Shown one piece after another: positions 1 through 8,130 of a DNA stretch of 55,184 nt. Source of the DNA: Actinomycetota bacterium (GTDB taxonomy: Bacteria; Actinomycetota; Thermoleophilia; Solirubrobacterales; JBBDJG01); NCBI GenBank assembly GCA_046725795.1, contig JBKOZI010000003.1:1-55184 (forward strand), given 5' to 3'. Under the pieces are notes generated by a model. It was not told the origin of the DNA. It saw only the letters and a list, made by a program, of their open reading frames with translations, and searched no databases. Position 1 is the stretch's first letter, and each line of letters opens with the position of its first letter. Made by a program: the position numbers and the translations under genes.

Positions 1-1283
1 GTCACGACCACGCGTGCGCCCCTGGCCGGCACGAGCGTCACGTTCTGGAGCCGGATGCGCTCCGGTCTCGGGTCCGGCGCGTGGACCGAGACATGCTGGA
101 GCACCTCGCGGAGCACCGCTTTCATCTCCATCGTCGCGAACGCGGCGCCGATGCAGCGCCGTCGCCCGCCGCCGAACGGGATCCATGCGTACGAGTCCGG
201 CTGAGACTCGAGAAAGCGCTCCGGCCGGAACTCGTCCGGCCGCTCGTAGATGCCCTGCAGGAGATGGATCGCGGTGATCGAGGGCACCACGTACGCGCCC
301 GCGGGAAGCTCCCAGCCCTTGAGCGTGACCGGCGCGACCAGCTTGCGCGCGACGTCGTAGACAACCGGTCGCGCCCGGAGAGTCTCCCTCGCGACCGCAT
401 CGAGGTAGACCTCGTCTTCGTCGTCCAGAGATTCCAGGAGCCGCGACATCACGCGGGGATGGCGGGTGAGCCGCTCGAACGCCCACGCGAGGCCGGTCGC
501 GGTGGTCTCGTGGCCGGCGAGCAGCAGCGTCATGAGCTCGTCGCGGAGCTCGCCCTCGCTCATCGGCTCACCGTCCTCGCCCCGCGCCTGGAGCAGCAGC
601 GACAGCACGTCGTCTCGTTCCTCCAGGTCCGCCGCCTCGCGGCGCCTGCGGATCTCGTCGAACAGCAGGCCGTCGACCTCTTCGCGCACCCGCACGAACC
701 GGCGCCACGGGCTGCCGGGACCGAGGTCACGCCGGAGGAATGGCATCCAGACGACCACGGTGCCGTGGTCCAGCATCCGCGGAAGCAGGGCGCGGAGCCG
801 GTCGAGCCGCTCGGCCTCGCGGATTCCGAACACCGCGCGCAGGATCACCTCGAGCGTGATCTTCTGCATGCGCGGGCGAAGCGAAAACCGCTCCCCGCGC
901 GGCCAGCGCTCCACCTCGGCGCCGGCGATCTCGCCGACGAGCTCCCGATAGCGCCGGACCTTCTCGCCGTGGAAGGGCGGCAGCAACAGGCGGCGCTCCC
1001 GGAGGTGCTCGTCCTCGTCCAGAAGGAGGACCGATCGCGGCCCCAGCACCGGCTCCATGACCTGATTCGCCTCACCCGCATGAAAGATGCCCGCGTCACC
1101 CGTGAAGATCTCCCTGACGGTTTCGGTGTCGGCGACGTAGACGAGGTCGCCCATGCCGACGAAGCGCAGGGTGAAGACGTCTCCGTAGCGGCGAAGACAT
1201 CGCTCGAGGAAGCCGATCGGCCGAAGGATCAGCCGAAGCGACTGCAGAACGGCCGGCCCACGGGGTCCTGGCGGCAACGCCAT
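1..1283 (-). CDS. cytochrome P450 (3' end runs off the window start)
   Basis: Absent from the supplied track because there is no stop inside the window. The reverse frame from ATG 1283..1281 reads MALPPGPRGPAVLQSLRL... It contains ETLR (ExxR) and, near the edge (plus 141-182), the heme-thiolate signature FGGGRRRCIGAAFA. The + ORF 81..1289 is its antisense shadow. Confidence 0.9.
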   Translation of the reverse strand, partial: MALPPGPRGPAVLQSLRLILRPIGFLERCLRRYGDVFTLRFVGMGDLVYVADTETVREIFTGDAGIFHAGEANQVMEPVLGPRSVLLLDEDEHLRERRLLLPPFHGEKVRRYRELVGEIAGAEVERWPRGERFSLRPRMQKITLEVILRAVFGIREAERLDRLRALLPRMLDHGTVVVWMPFLRRDLGPGSPWRRFVRVREEVDGLLFDEIRRRREAADLEERDDVLSLLLQARGEDGEPMSEGELRDELMTLLLAGHETTATGLAWAFERLTRHPRVMSRLLESLDDEDEVYLDAVARETLRARPVVYDVARKLVAPVTLKGWELPAGAYVVPSITAIHLLQGIYERPDEFRPERFLESQPDSYAWIPFGGGRRRCIGAAFATMEMKAVLREVLQHVSVHAPDPRPERIRLQNVTLVPARGARVVV

Positions 1284-1339
1284 GAATGAAACTTACCGCG
1301 GCCCGAGTAGCATCCGATCACGCGAGCGGGAGGAGAGCT

Positions 1340-2911
1340 ATGAGCGTCATCGCGCAGGGCAAGACCTATGACGAGCTGCGGGCCGAGCATCGCTGGAACG
1401 TGCCGGCCCGCTACAACATCGCCGCGGACGTCTGTGACAAGCATCCCCGCGACAAGCTCGCGATGATCTGGGAAGACTGGCGCGGCAACGAGCGGCGCGT
1501 GAGCTGGGGCGAGATGCAGGATCTCTCCGCGAAGTTCGCGAACGTGCTGCGCGACCACGGGGTCGAGCGCGGCGACCGCGTCGCAATGCTGCTCCCTGCC
1601 ACGCCCGAGACGGCCGCCGCCTTCTTCGGCACCTGGAAGCTGGGCGCGATCCTGCTCTCGATGTCCGTGCTCTACGGCGACGAGGGGATCAGGCATCGGA
1701 TCACCGACTCGCAGGCAAAGGTGCTGGTCACGGATGCGGCGAACGCGGATCGGGTCGACCACGATCTCGTCGCGCACGTGATCATCCTCGACCACGCCCT
1801 CCTGGCCGGCGCGTCGGCCGACTTCGAGCGGGTCGACACAGCGGCCGACGATCCCGCCCAGCTCTATTACTCGTCGGGTACGACGGGGCTCGCGAAGGGA
1901 ATCCTCCACGCGCACCGCTACCTGCTCGCGCACGAGGAGTTCGTCTACTGCCACGACGTTCAGGAGGGCGAGCTCTTCCACGGCATGGGCGAGTGGGCCT
2001 GGGCTGCGGGCATCGCGCCGCTGCTCGGACCGTGGCGGTTCGGGGCGACGCAGTTCGTCTTCCAGCGCCAGGGCGGGTTCGACCCGGAGCAGCAGCTGGC
2101 GGTGCTGTCGAAGCAGGAGGTCACGAACGTCTTCACAACCCCCACGGCAATGCGGGCGATGATGGCGATCTCCGACGCGGGTTCCCGCTACCCGCAGCAG
2201 TTCCGGATCGTGTGCTCCGCCGGGGAGCCGCTCAATCCCGAGGCGATTCGCTGGTTCCGCGAGCAGTACGGCCTGACCGTGCTGGACTTCTACGGCCTCA
2301 CGGAGTCCTATCCGCTCGTCGCAAACTATCCCTTCATGGAGGTGCGCGAGGGCTCGATGGGCAAGCCGATGCCCGGGTGGGACGTGCAGATCCTCGACGA
2401 GGACGAGCGGCCCGTGGAGCCGGGCGAGCGAGGCGAGATCTGCCTGCGGGCCCGCTCCAATCCCCACTATCCGCTCGGCTACTGGAACCTCCCCGATGAC
2501 ACGGAGGAGACCTTCGGCGGCGAGTGGTTCCACACCAAGGATGCCGCCGAGCGGGATCCGGACGGGTACTTCTGGTACGCCGGCCGCGCCGACGACGTGA
2601 TCATCTCGTCCGGCTACCGGATCGGGCCGTTCGAGGTCGAGTCGGCGTGCATCGAGCATCCGGCGGTGCGGGAGGCCGCGGCGGTCGCCTCGCCCGACGA
2701 GCGCCGGGGACACGTCGTGAAGGCTTTCATCGTGCTGGCGGAAGGGCACGAGGGCTCCGACGAGCTCGCCAAGGAGATCAGCCGCTTCGTGCGTGAGCGG
2801 CATTCCGCGTACGCGTATCCGCGCAGAATCGAGTTCGTCGAGGACCTCCCGAAGACCCTCACGGGAAAGATCCGGCGGGTGGAGCTGCGCCAGCGCGAGG
2901 CCTCCTCGTAG
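1340..2911 (+). CDS. AMP-dependent acyl-CoA synthetase/ligase
   Basis: ORF 1286..2911. AMP-binding signature YYSSGTTGLAKG and C-terminal PKTLTGKIRR. I moved the start to the in-frame ATG 1340 because GGGAGGAGAG lies just upstream and 1286 would abut the divergent P450 start. Confidence 0.9.
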   Translation: MSVIAQGKTYDELRAEHRWNVPARYNIAADVCDKHPRDKLAMIWEDWRGNERRVSWGEMQDLSAKFANVLRDHGVERGDRVAMLLPATPETAAAFFGTWKLGAILLSMSVLYGDEGIRHRITDSQAKVLVTDAANADRVDHDLVAHVIILDHALLAGASADFERVDTAADDPAQLYYSSGTTGLAKGILHAHRYLLAHEEFVYCHDVQEGELFHGMGEWAWAAGIAPLLGPWRFGATQFVFQRQGGFDPEQQLAVLSKQEVTNVFTTPTAMRAMMAISDAGSRYPQQFRIVCSAGEPLNPEAIRWFREQYGLTVLDFYGLTESYPLVANYPFMEVREGSMGKPMPGWDVQILDEDERPVEPGERGEICLRARSNPHYPLGYWNLPDDTEETFGGEWFHTKDAAERDPDGYFWYAGRADDVIISSGYRIGPFEVESACIEHPAVREAAAVASPDERRGHVVKAFIVLAEGHEGSDELAKEISRFVRERHSAYAYPRRIEFVEDLPKTLTGKIRRVELRQREASS

Positions 2912-3044
2912 GCCCGAAAATCGTTAACGAAATAACTACGCGGAGTTTGCGAGAAGTTTTCTCGCCGGCGTGCGTTTACGGGTTTAGTGCGGTGGCAAAA
3001 TCATTTGGCTGCACTTTGCGGCCTACACCATAAGGAGAGGCTAA

Positions 3045-3284
3045 ATGGCCTACATCGAGGGTGCCTACGAGGTACGGCCGGGGGATCCCGTCGACGTCCG
3101 CTGCGACGGCCAGCCGCTCGAGGGAGCGGTTGTCAAGCGCATCGGCCGCATGGGGATGGAGGTGCAGGACGCGCACGGCGCATCGATCGCGCTCGACTTC
3201 CGGATCACGAACGAAGCGATCTGGGATAGAGGGCGCAAGTACCTGGAGGAGCAGGCCGGGGTCCAAGAGCCTGTCCCGCTCTAG
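3045..3284 (+). CDS. small hypothetical protein (79 aa)
   Basis: ATG preceded by AAGGAGAGG 4 nt upstream. High third-position GC. No family recognised. It follows a lower-GC 133-nt spacer. Confidence 0.55.
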   Translation: MAYIEGAYEVRPGDPVDVRCDGQPLEGAVVKRIGRMGMEVQDAHGASIALDFRITNEAIWDRGRKYLEEQAGVQEPVPL

Positions 3285-3299
3285 CTGCGCTCGAGAGCG

Positions 3300-3788
3300 C
3301 TAACCCGGCGCCACCTCGTTGGCGGCCGGGTGTGATGCAGCGTACTGGCGGAGGCCGGCATCGACCCGGTCGGCCTCCGCGATCGCCTCGGTCGCGGTCT
3401 GCCTGGCCTTGTCGGCCTGCGAGCCCTCCGCGGCCGCGGTCCTCAGGGCTTTCAGGGTCCTCGTCCGAAGGCGCCTCAAAAGCCCGTCGCGAGGGTCCAC
3501 CGTCTTCAGTCGCCTGGCGCTCGTGTCGAGTGGGCGCACCGCCACGATCGGCGCCGATCCATAGGCGACCGGTACGACCGCCGCCCGCAAGGCGCCCGCG
3601 GATCTCTGGATCTCCTTGAAGGCCTTCCGGTCACTCGGCGGCAGACGCGGCGGTGGGACCTCGGCGCCCGGGGCAGCCCGCTTGCCGTCGGTCGTTGTCT
3701 TGTGGTCCGAGCCGCCGCAGCCGCCAGTCGCCGTGAGCATCGAGAGCCCGGCGACGCAGACGACCACCAGTCTCGGCGGGCAGGACAC
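3300..3788 (-). CDS. putative secreted lipoprotein
   Basis: GTG start. N-terminal hydrophobic stretch LVVVCVAGLSMLTATGGC with a lipobox-like Cys. Good GC3 throughout. No family recognised. Confidence 0.6.
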   Translation of the reverse strand: MSCPPRLVVVCVAGLSMLTATGGCGGSDHKTTTDGKRAAPGAEVPPPRLPPSDRKAFKEIQRSAGALRAAVVPVAYGSAPIVAVRPLDTSARRLKTVDPRDGLLRRLRTRTLKALRTAAAEGSQADKARQTATEAIAEADRVDAGLRQYAASHPAANEVAPG

Positions 3789-3794
3789 GCCGCC

Positions 3795-3971
3795 ATGCTA
3801 GTGCCCCATCTTGTAAACCAGGCCCGCTTCTGGTCGCGAAAACCGAGCCTGCGCGAGCTCGAGGATCGCGGGATCCAGTTCGACTTCGAGGATCACGAGA
3901 TCGCGCACTCGATCTACTTCCACGACCCCGACAGCCACCAGCTCGAGATAACGACGTACGAGCTCGGCTGA
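3795..3971 (+). pseudogene. C-terminal single module of a VOC/glyoxalase-family protein (probable remnant)
   Basis: The tail ...IQFDFEDHEIAHSIYFHDPDSHQLEITTYE matches the last beta-strands of VOC proteins. Only about 58 codons follow ATG 3795. The rest of ORF 3702..3971 is junk that overlaps the lipoprotein gene start on the other strand. Confidence 0.4.
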
Positions 3972-4066
3972 GCGCCCGCCGAAATTCGAATTGCGCCGGG
4001 GCCCGGCCTGGACGTATATTCGAGTCAGGGCCCCCCGCCCCCCAGCCTTCCGGTAAGGAGACCGAC

Positions 4067-5044
4067 TTGGCCGCCCGAAAGACCCTGCTCCCATTCGCCA
4101 CGCTCCTCTGCGCGCTCTTTCTCGCGCAGACCGCGTCGGCGCACCACGTCTCGTGCGGGGCCACGCTCACCACCGACACCGTGCTCCATGCGGACCTCAC
4201 CCGCTGTACCGGGACCGCACTCGCGATCGGTGCGGACGGCGTGACGCTCGACCTTCGCGGCCACAGAGTCGAAGGCGCGATCGTCGCGAGCGGACGCGCC
4301 AACGTCGCGGTCCGCAACGGGCTCGTCCAGGGCGACGTGAGGTTCGAGCGGGTCCGAGGAGCAACCGTGCGGCGCCTTCATGTGCGGCGTGGCTCGATCC
4401 AGTGCCTGCGCTCTGCGGGCTGCACGATCTCCCGGAACCTCGTCTCCCGCGGCGGGATCGCGATCGTCCAGTCGGAGAGCGGCATCGCGAACCACGTGCG
4501 CGGGAACGTCGTGGGCGGCGCGCCGGGCGCCGGGATCGCGGCGAATCGCACCGACACGACTTCGATCACGGGCAACGTCGTCCGCGACAGCGGGACCGGC
4601 ATCGAGACCTCTCATGCCGCCGATCTCCGGATCGCCCGCAACGTGCTGACCGGCAACTCGGGCGACGGCCTCAGTGGCTCGTTCGGAAGCGCGGCCACGA
4701 TCCTGCGCAACGTGATCGCGTCGAACGCCGGCGACGGCATCTCCCTGCGGACCTGGGGAGGCGACACGCTGATCGCCCGCAACATCGTCTACCGCAACCG
4801 CCGCAACGGGATCTTCGGGGCTGCAGTCGCGCACTGGAGCGTGATTCGCAACGTCGCGGCGCGGAACGCCGAAGCCGGAATCGCGGTCACCGGCGCCGTC
4901 GAAGACGCGACGCTTGCTCGGAATCGCGCACGCCGTAACGGAGGCCTCGGCATCGACGCGGCCCCGGGAGTGAGCGACGGCGGTGGCAACAGGGCGCGTG
5001 CCAACGGCGCCGGCGCGCAGTGCGCGGGCATCGTCTGCAATTAG
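4067..5044 (+). CDS. secreted right-handed parallel beta-helix (PbH1/NosD-like) repeat protein
   Basis: TTG start with TAAGGAG 6 nt upstream. Signal peptide ...FLAQTASA|HH. There are many about 22-aa repeats of the type I.RN.V..N...GI. Confidence 0.8.
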   Translation: MAARKTLLPFATLLCALFLAQTASAHHVSCGATLTTDTVLHADLTRCTGTALAIGADGVTLDLRGHRVEGAIVASGRANVAVRNGLVQGDVRFERVRGATVRRLHVRRGSIQCLRSAGCTISRNLVSRGGIAIVQSESGIANHVRGNVVGGAPGAGIAANRTDTTSITGNVVRDSGTGIETSHAADLRIARNVLTGNSGDGLSGSFGSAATILRNVIASNAGDGISLRTWGGDTLIARNIVYRNRRNGIFGAAVAHWSVIRNVAARNAEAGIAVTGAVEDATLARNRARRNGGLGIDAAPGVSDGGGNRARANGAGAQCAGIVCN

Positions 5045-5098
5045 CGCTTAGCTCCGGCGTGTTCGGGGTATTTGCCTTCGCGTAGGGAAGGAGGTCAA

Positions 5099-5236
5099 AT
5101 GCTCTGGCTAATACTGGGAATAATCCTGCTCGCGATCGCAATCGCGGGCGGCGCGATCGTTCACCCGGTGCTGTTCGTGCTGGGCATCCTGGCGCTGTTC
5201 ATGTTCGTGTCGGGATGGCGAGGACGCACCGTCTGA
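5099..5236 (+). CDS. small hydrophobic membrane protein (45 aa, two predicted TM segments)
   Basis: Below the track size cut-off. GGAAGGAGG lies 5 nt upstream of the ATG. Product is MLWLILGIILLAIAIAGGAIVHPVLFVLGILALFMFVSGWRGRTV. An intrinsic terminator follows. Confidence 0.55.
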   Translation: MLWLILGIILLAIAIAGGAIVHPVLFVLGILALFMFVSGWRGRTV

Positions 5237-5261
5237 TCGACGCGTAAAGCTTGCTTCAACA

Positions 5262-5295
5262 GGGCGCCCGCCCAAAGCGGGCGTCCTTGCTTTTC
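5262..5295 (+). terminator. intrinsic terminator after the 45-aa ORF
   Basis: 10-bp stem GGGCGCCCGC / GCGGGCGTCC (one G:U pair), loop CCAAA, then TTGCTTTTC. Confidence 0.6.
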
Positions 5296-5893
5296 AGGAC
5301 GGTCCGACTGCGACCATAGTGAGCGACTCGACGAGATTGTCGAGATCGCGCAGGCTGCGCTCGCGGTCGCCGTCCACCAGGAAGCCGAGCACAAGCCCGT
5401 TCAAACCTGCGACGACCAGCCGGCCGACGTCGTCGATCGGAAGGCGAAGCTCACTGCCGCTTCGCTCGGCGAGAACGCGGACCGCGTTCTCGGCCAGGCG
5501 GTGGTAGGAGTCGTAGAGACCGTTCGTGAGATCCCGGAGGTCGGGGTCGCGAAGCGCATATGCGGTCAGCTCCACCAGCAGCAGCGCCGTGGATGCGTCG
5601 GCCTCGACGATCTCCCACACCGCTCGTGACGCTACGGCGACATCCTCGGTCCAGTGTGGATGCGGAGCGAGCCCCGCCTCGATGGCGCGCACGAGGTTCG
5701 ACGTGACCGCCTCGATCACCGATCGGTAGAGCTCCGTCTTCGTGCCGAAGACGTAGTGGATCGTTGCCTGCGCGACTCCGGCCTCGGCCGCGATGCGCCG
5801 GGTGGAAGCCGCCGCGACGCCCTCGCGCACCATCAGGCGGACCGTCGCCGCCACGATCGCGGACCGGTGCTCGGCGGCCTGAACGGGCGACAT
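5294..5893 (-). CDS. TetR/AcrR family transcriptional regulator
   Basis: N-terminal HTH region ...STRRIAAEAGVAQATIHYVFGTKTELY and the typical about 200-aa length. Confidence 0.92.
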   Translation of the reverse strand: MSPVQAAEHRSAIVAATVRLMVREGVAAASTRRIAAEAGVAQATIHYVFGTKTELYRSVIEAVTSNLVRAIEAGLAPHPHWTEDVAVASRAVWEIVEADASTALLLVELTAYALRDPDLRDLTNGLYDSYHRLAENAVRVLAERSGSELRLPIDDVGRLVVAGLNGLVLGFLVDGDRERSLRDLDNLVESLTMVAVGPS

Positions 5894-5957
5894 GGGCAGA
5901 GTCTAAGAGCGCGTACGGCCGCTCGGCCACCCGCAATGAGCAGTTGCCTCGATCACT

Positions 5958-5968
5958 TGACTAAGTCA
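5958..5968. promoter_or_regulatory. perfect 5+1+5 palindrome TGACTAAGTCA, candidate TetR operator
   Basis: Lies 65 nt upstream of the TetR start, in the divergent promoter region. It is a palindrome only; no binding data. Confidence 0.3.
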
Positions 5969-6120
5969 GACGCTCAAGTCATAGTTCCGGGTTCGCACCA
6001 CGGCGAGGGAGGAGACGGGATCGGTCATATGAGTGGCGCAAGTGTCCGAAACCCACGGCAGGGGTGGTCCTGACCCTTTCTTCGCAAGCAGGGGTTCGCG
6101 CCTAGATCCCCCGAACCGGG

Positions 6121-6158
6121 CTGCGCCCCGCCCCCCCGCGGGGCGCAGTCTTTTCTCC
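6121..6158 (+). terminator. intrinsic terminator (11-bp perfect stem, CCCCCC loop, U-tract)
   Basis: CTGCGCCCCGC-CCCCCC-GCGGGGCGCAG followed by TCTTTTCTCC. Confidence 0.6.
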
Positions 6159-6169
6159 GCTGGCGCGTT

Positions 6170-6205
6170 AAAAAGGGGAGCGGCCACTCCGGGGAGTGGC
6201 CGCTC
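6170..6205 (-). terminator. intrinsic terminator on the minus strand
   Basis: 13-bp perfect inverted repeat GAGCGGCCACTCC / GGAGTGGCCGCTC (6178-6205). On the minus strand it is followed by CCC then TTTTT (6170-6174). Confidence 0.45.
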
Positions 6206-6359
6206 GTGCGTTCCAGGGGGGGAGGGAGTGGTTCGCACGCCGAAATGTAGAGTCGCCACCTTACGGCCGGATAAGAATGCGAGCCGGCCGGGGAGTGGCG
6301 GCCGGGGGCTGATGCGTTTTGGAGGCGCTCCGCTCGGGTACGCGCACGGCCAGGTGGCG

Positions 6360-7169
6360 ATGACGGTCGCGGAGACGATTCTGAGGCCGGCTGGAGAACG
6401 AGTTCGGGTCTTCGCCGAGATGCCTGAGCTGCTTCAGCAGCTCGACAACGGAGACGCGGCCGCGCTCGACCAGGTGGTGACCACCGTGGTGCGGCTCGAG
6501 CCGGGCCCCTGGCAGCCGACCTTTCGCGATGGCGAGCTGCGCGGCCATCTCGGATTCCTCCTTCTCGACGGGCTCCTGACCCGGCAGGTGACGGTCGGTG
6601 AGGCGACCTGCGCGGAGCTGCTGGGCGGAGGCGATGTCCTGCGCTCGTGGACAGAGGTGGGGTCCGGATTCGTCTCGATCCCGGCCGAGTCGCGATGGCA
6701 GGTCGTGATGCCGACGAGGCTCGCCGCGCTCAATGCCCGCTTCGCGCTTCAGATCGCCCGCTGGCCGGACGTCACTGCGGCGGTCGTTGACCGCGCCGTC
6801 CAGCGCGCGCGCTGGCTCTCGTTCCATCTCGCGGTCTGCCACATCGTGGGTGTCGAGGGCAGGTTGCTGATCGTCTTGTGGCACTTCGCCGATCGCTGGG
6901 GCCGCGTGACGCCGACCGGCTTGAAGCTGCCGCTGCCGCTCTCGCACGGCCTGCTGGCGGGAGTCGTCGGCGCGCGCCGGCCGACAGTGAGCACTGCCCT
7001 GGGCGCGCTGCGTGACCAGGGCCTCGTGGAGCGGGTGGAGGGCGGGTGGCTCCTGCACGGCGATCCACCGGACGAGCTGCACGAGCTGCGCGCGCGCGTG
7101 GCCGCGCGCGAGCCGACGATCGCGCGGGCCGCCGGGCACGCCAGGGCTCAGACCGGCCCAGGCCTGTAA
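6360..7169 (+). CDS. Crp/Fnr family transcriptional regulator
   Basis: cNMP-binding-like beta-barrel region followed by the C-terminal HTH ...LSHGLLAGVVGARRPTVSTALGALRDQGLV. The start is uncertain (ATG 6360 or ATG 6312). The track start at 6033 runs through two terminator hairpins and is rejected. Confidence 0.85.
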   Translation: MTVAETILRPAGERVRVFAEMPELLQQLDNGDAAALDQVVTTVVRLEPGPWQPTFRDGELRGHLGFLLLDGLLTRQVTVGEATCAELLGGGDVLRSWTEVGSGFVSIPAESRWQVVMPTRLAALNARFALQIARWPDVTAAVVDRAVQRARWLSFHLAVCHIVGVEGRLLIVLWHFADRWGRVTPTGLKLPLPLSHGLLAGVVGARRPTVSTALGALRDQGLVERVEGGWLLHGDPPDELHELRARVAAREPTIARAAGHARAQTGPGL

Positions 7170-7264
7170 CACTTCCGAGCGGGTAACGCGCACAACGAAG
7201 GAAGAAACCCTGGCGTCCAAGCTGCTCGAGTCACTCCCACTCTTTCGCCGGCGTCCAATCCGCG

Positions 7265-8110
7265 ATGAGCACCTCGCCTGAAGACGCCCTCGCCGAGCTT
7301 CGCGCCGGCAAGCCCACCGAGCGTTTGCCGGTGGTGCGCTTTCGCGACGGCCGCCCGAGCAAGCGCTCCGACCTGGTCGTGGGCGAGGAGCCGCTCGAGG
7401 TGCGGCTCGGCGGCGAGCCCATCGCAGTCACGATGCGCACCCCTACGCCCGGGCAGGACGCCGAGCTCGCGGTCGGCTTCCTGATCGGGGAGGCGATCAT
7501 CACGCCCGAGCAGGTCGCGCGCGTGAGCGAGTGCCGCGCCGACAACGGCGACGGAGGCGTCGTCGACGTGCGCCTGTGGCCCGGCGCCGCCCCAGCCCCG
7601 GGGTGGCAGCGGAGCTTCTATGCGACATCGTCCTGCGGCGTCTGCGGCAAGGCGAGCATCGACGCCGTGCGAGTCGCCGCCGAACCTGTTCGGAACGGGC
7701 CCGAGATCCGGGCAGACGTGCTCTCCGTGCTGCCGGAGAAGCTGCGCGCGGCTCAGCGTGTGTTCGCCCGCACCGGCGGGCTGCATGCCGCAGGACTCTC
7801 GGACGCGAGCGGACGCCTGCAGATGGTCCGCGAAGACGTCGGCCGCCACAACGCAGTGGACAAGGCAGTGGGCAGGGCTGCGATGGACGGACTGCTGCCG
7901 CTCGCAGATCACGCGCTGCTGGTCTCGGGCCGCGCGTCGTTCGAGATCGTGCAAAAGGCGGTGCTCGCGGGTATTCCGATCGTCGCGGCCGTGTCGGCGC
8001 CGTCGACGCTCGCCGTCCAGCTCGCGAGGGAGTCGAACATGACGCTGCTCGGGTTCGTACGGGATGGTGGCTTCAACGTGTACGCCGGCAGCGAGCGCAT
8101 CGCGGCCTAG
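7265..8110 (+). CDS. fdhD: formate dehydrogenase accessory sulfurtransferase FdhD
   Basis: SSCGVCGKASID, GGLHAAGL, EDVGRHNAVDKAVG and VSGRASFEIVQKA motifs. Confidence 0.95.
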   Translation: MSTSPEDALAELRAGKPTERLPVVRFRDGRPSKRSDLVVGEEPLEVRLGGEPIAVTMRTPTPGQDAELAVGFLIGEAIITPEQVARVSECRADNGDGGVVDVRLWPGAAPAPGWQRSFYATSSCGVCGKASIDAVRVAAEPVRNGPEIRADVLSVLPEKLRAAQRVFARTGGLHAAGLSDASGRLQMVREDVGRHNAVDKAVGRAAMDGLLPLADHALLVSGRASFEIVQKAVLAGIPIVAAVSAPSTLAVQLARESNMTLLGFVRDGGFNVYAGSERIAA

Positions 8111-8130
8111 TGGTGAGGCCTCGCCGCAAC

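Noticed and set aside
81-1289. 402-aa + strand ORF (plus 14..277 and 466..951) over the first 1.3 kb
   Set aside because: This is an antisense shadow of the cytochrome P450 gene. The product is Arg/Glu/Asp-rich with no motifs, while the reverse strand carries a clear P450 heme signature.
1229-2803. 524-aa minus-strand ORF
   Set aside because: It is antisense to the acyl-CoA synthetase gene, which has unambiguous AMP-binding motifs. This is a typical GC-rich shadow ORF.
3983-3992. Perfect 10-bp palindrome AATTCGAATT upstream of the beta-helix protein gene, near a TTGCGC-18 nt-TATATT promoter-like pair
   Set aside because: A short AT palindrome with no extended symmetry. The promoter match is plausible but not distinguishable from chance without TSS data.
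5972-6075. Possible guanidine-I (ykkC) riboswitch because of UAGUUCCGG, ACGGCGAGGGA and UGGUCCUGA-like strings
   Set aside because: The conserved blocks are imperfect and in the wrong order relative to the ykkC consensus. The downstream gene context (a Crp-type regulator) does not fit.
5966-6259. 97-aa minus-strand ORF in the TetR/Crp intergenic region
   Set aside because: It runs straight through both intrinsic terminator hairpins. It has no SD spacing and a low-complexity Pro/Gly/Arg composition.
6033-6359. N-terminal extension of the Crp-family ORF to GTG 6033
   Set aside because: The frame is open by chance across the two terminators and the G-rich repeats. The recognisable Crp/Fnr fold begins after ATG 6360 (or 6312).
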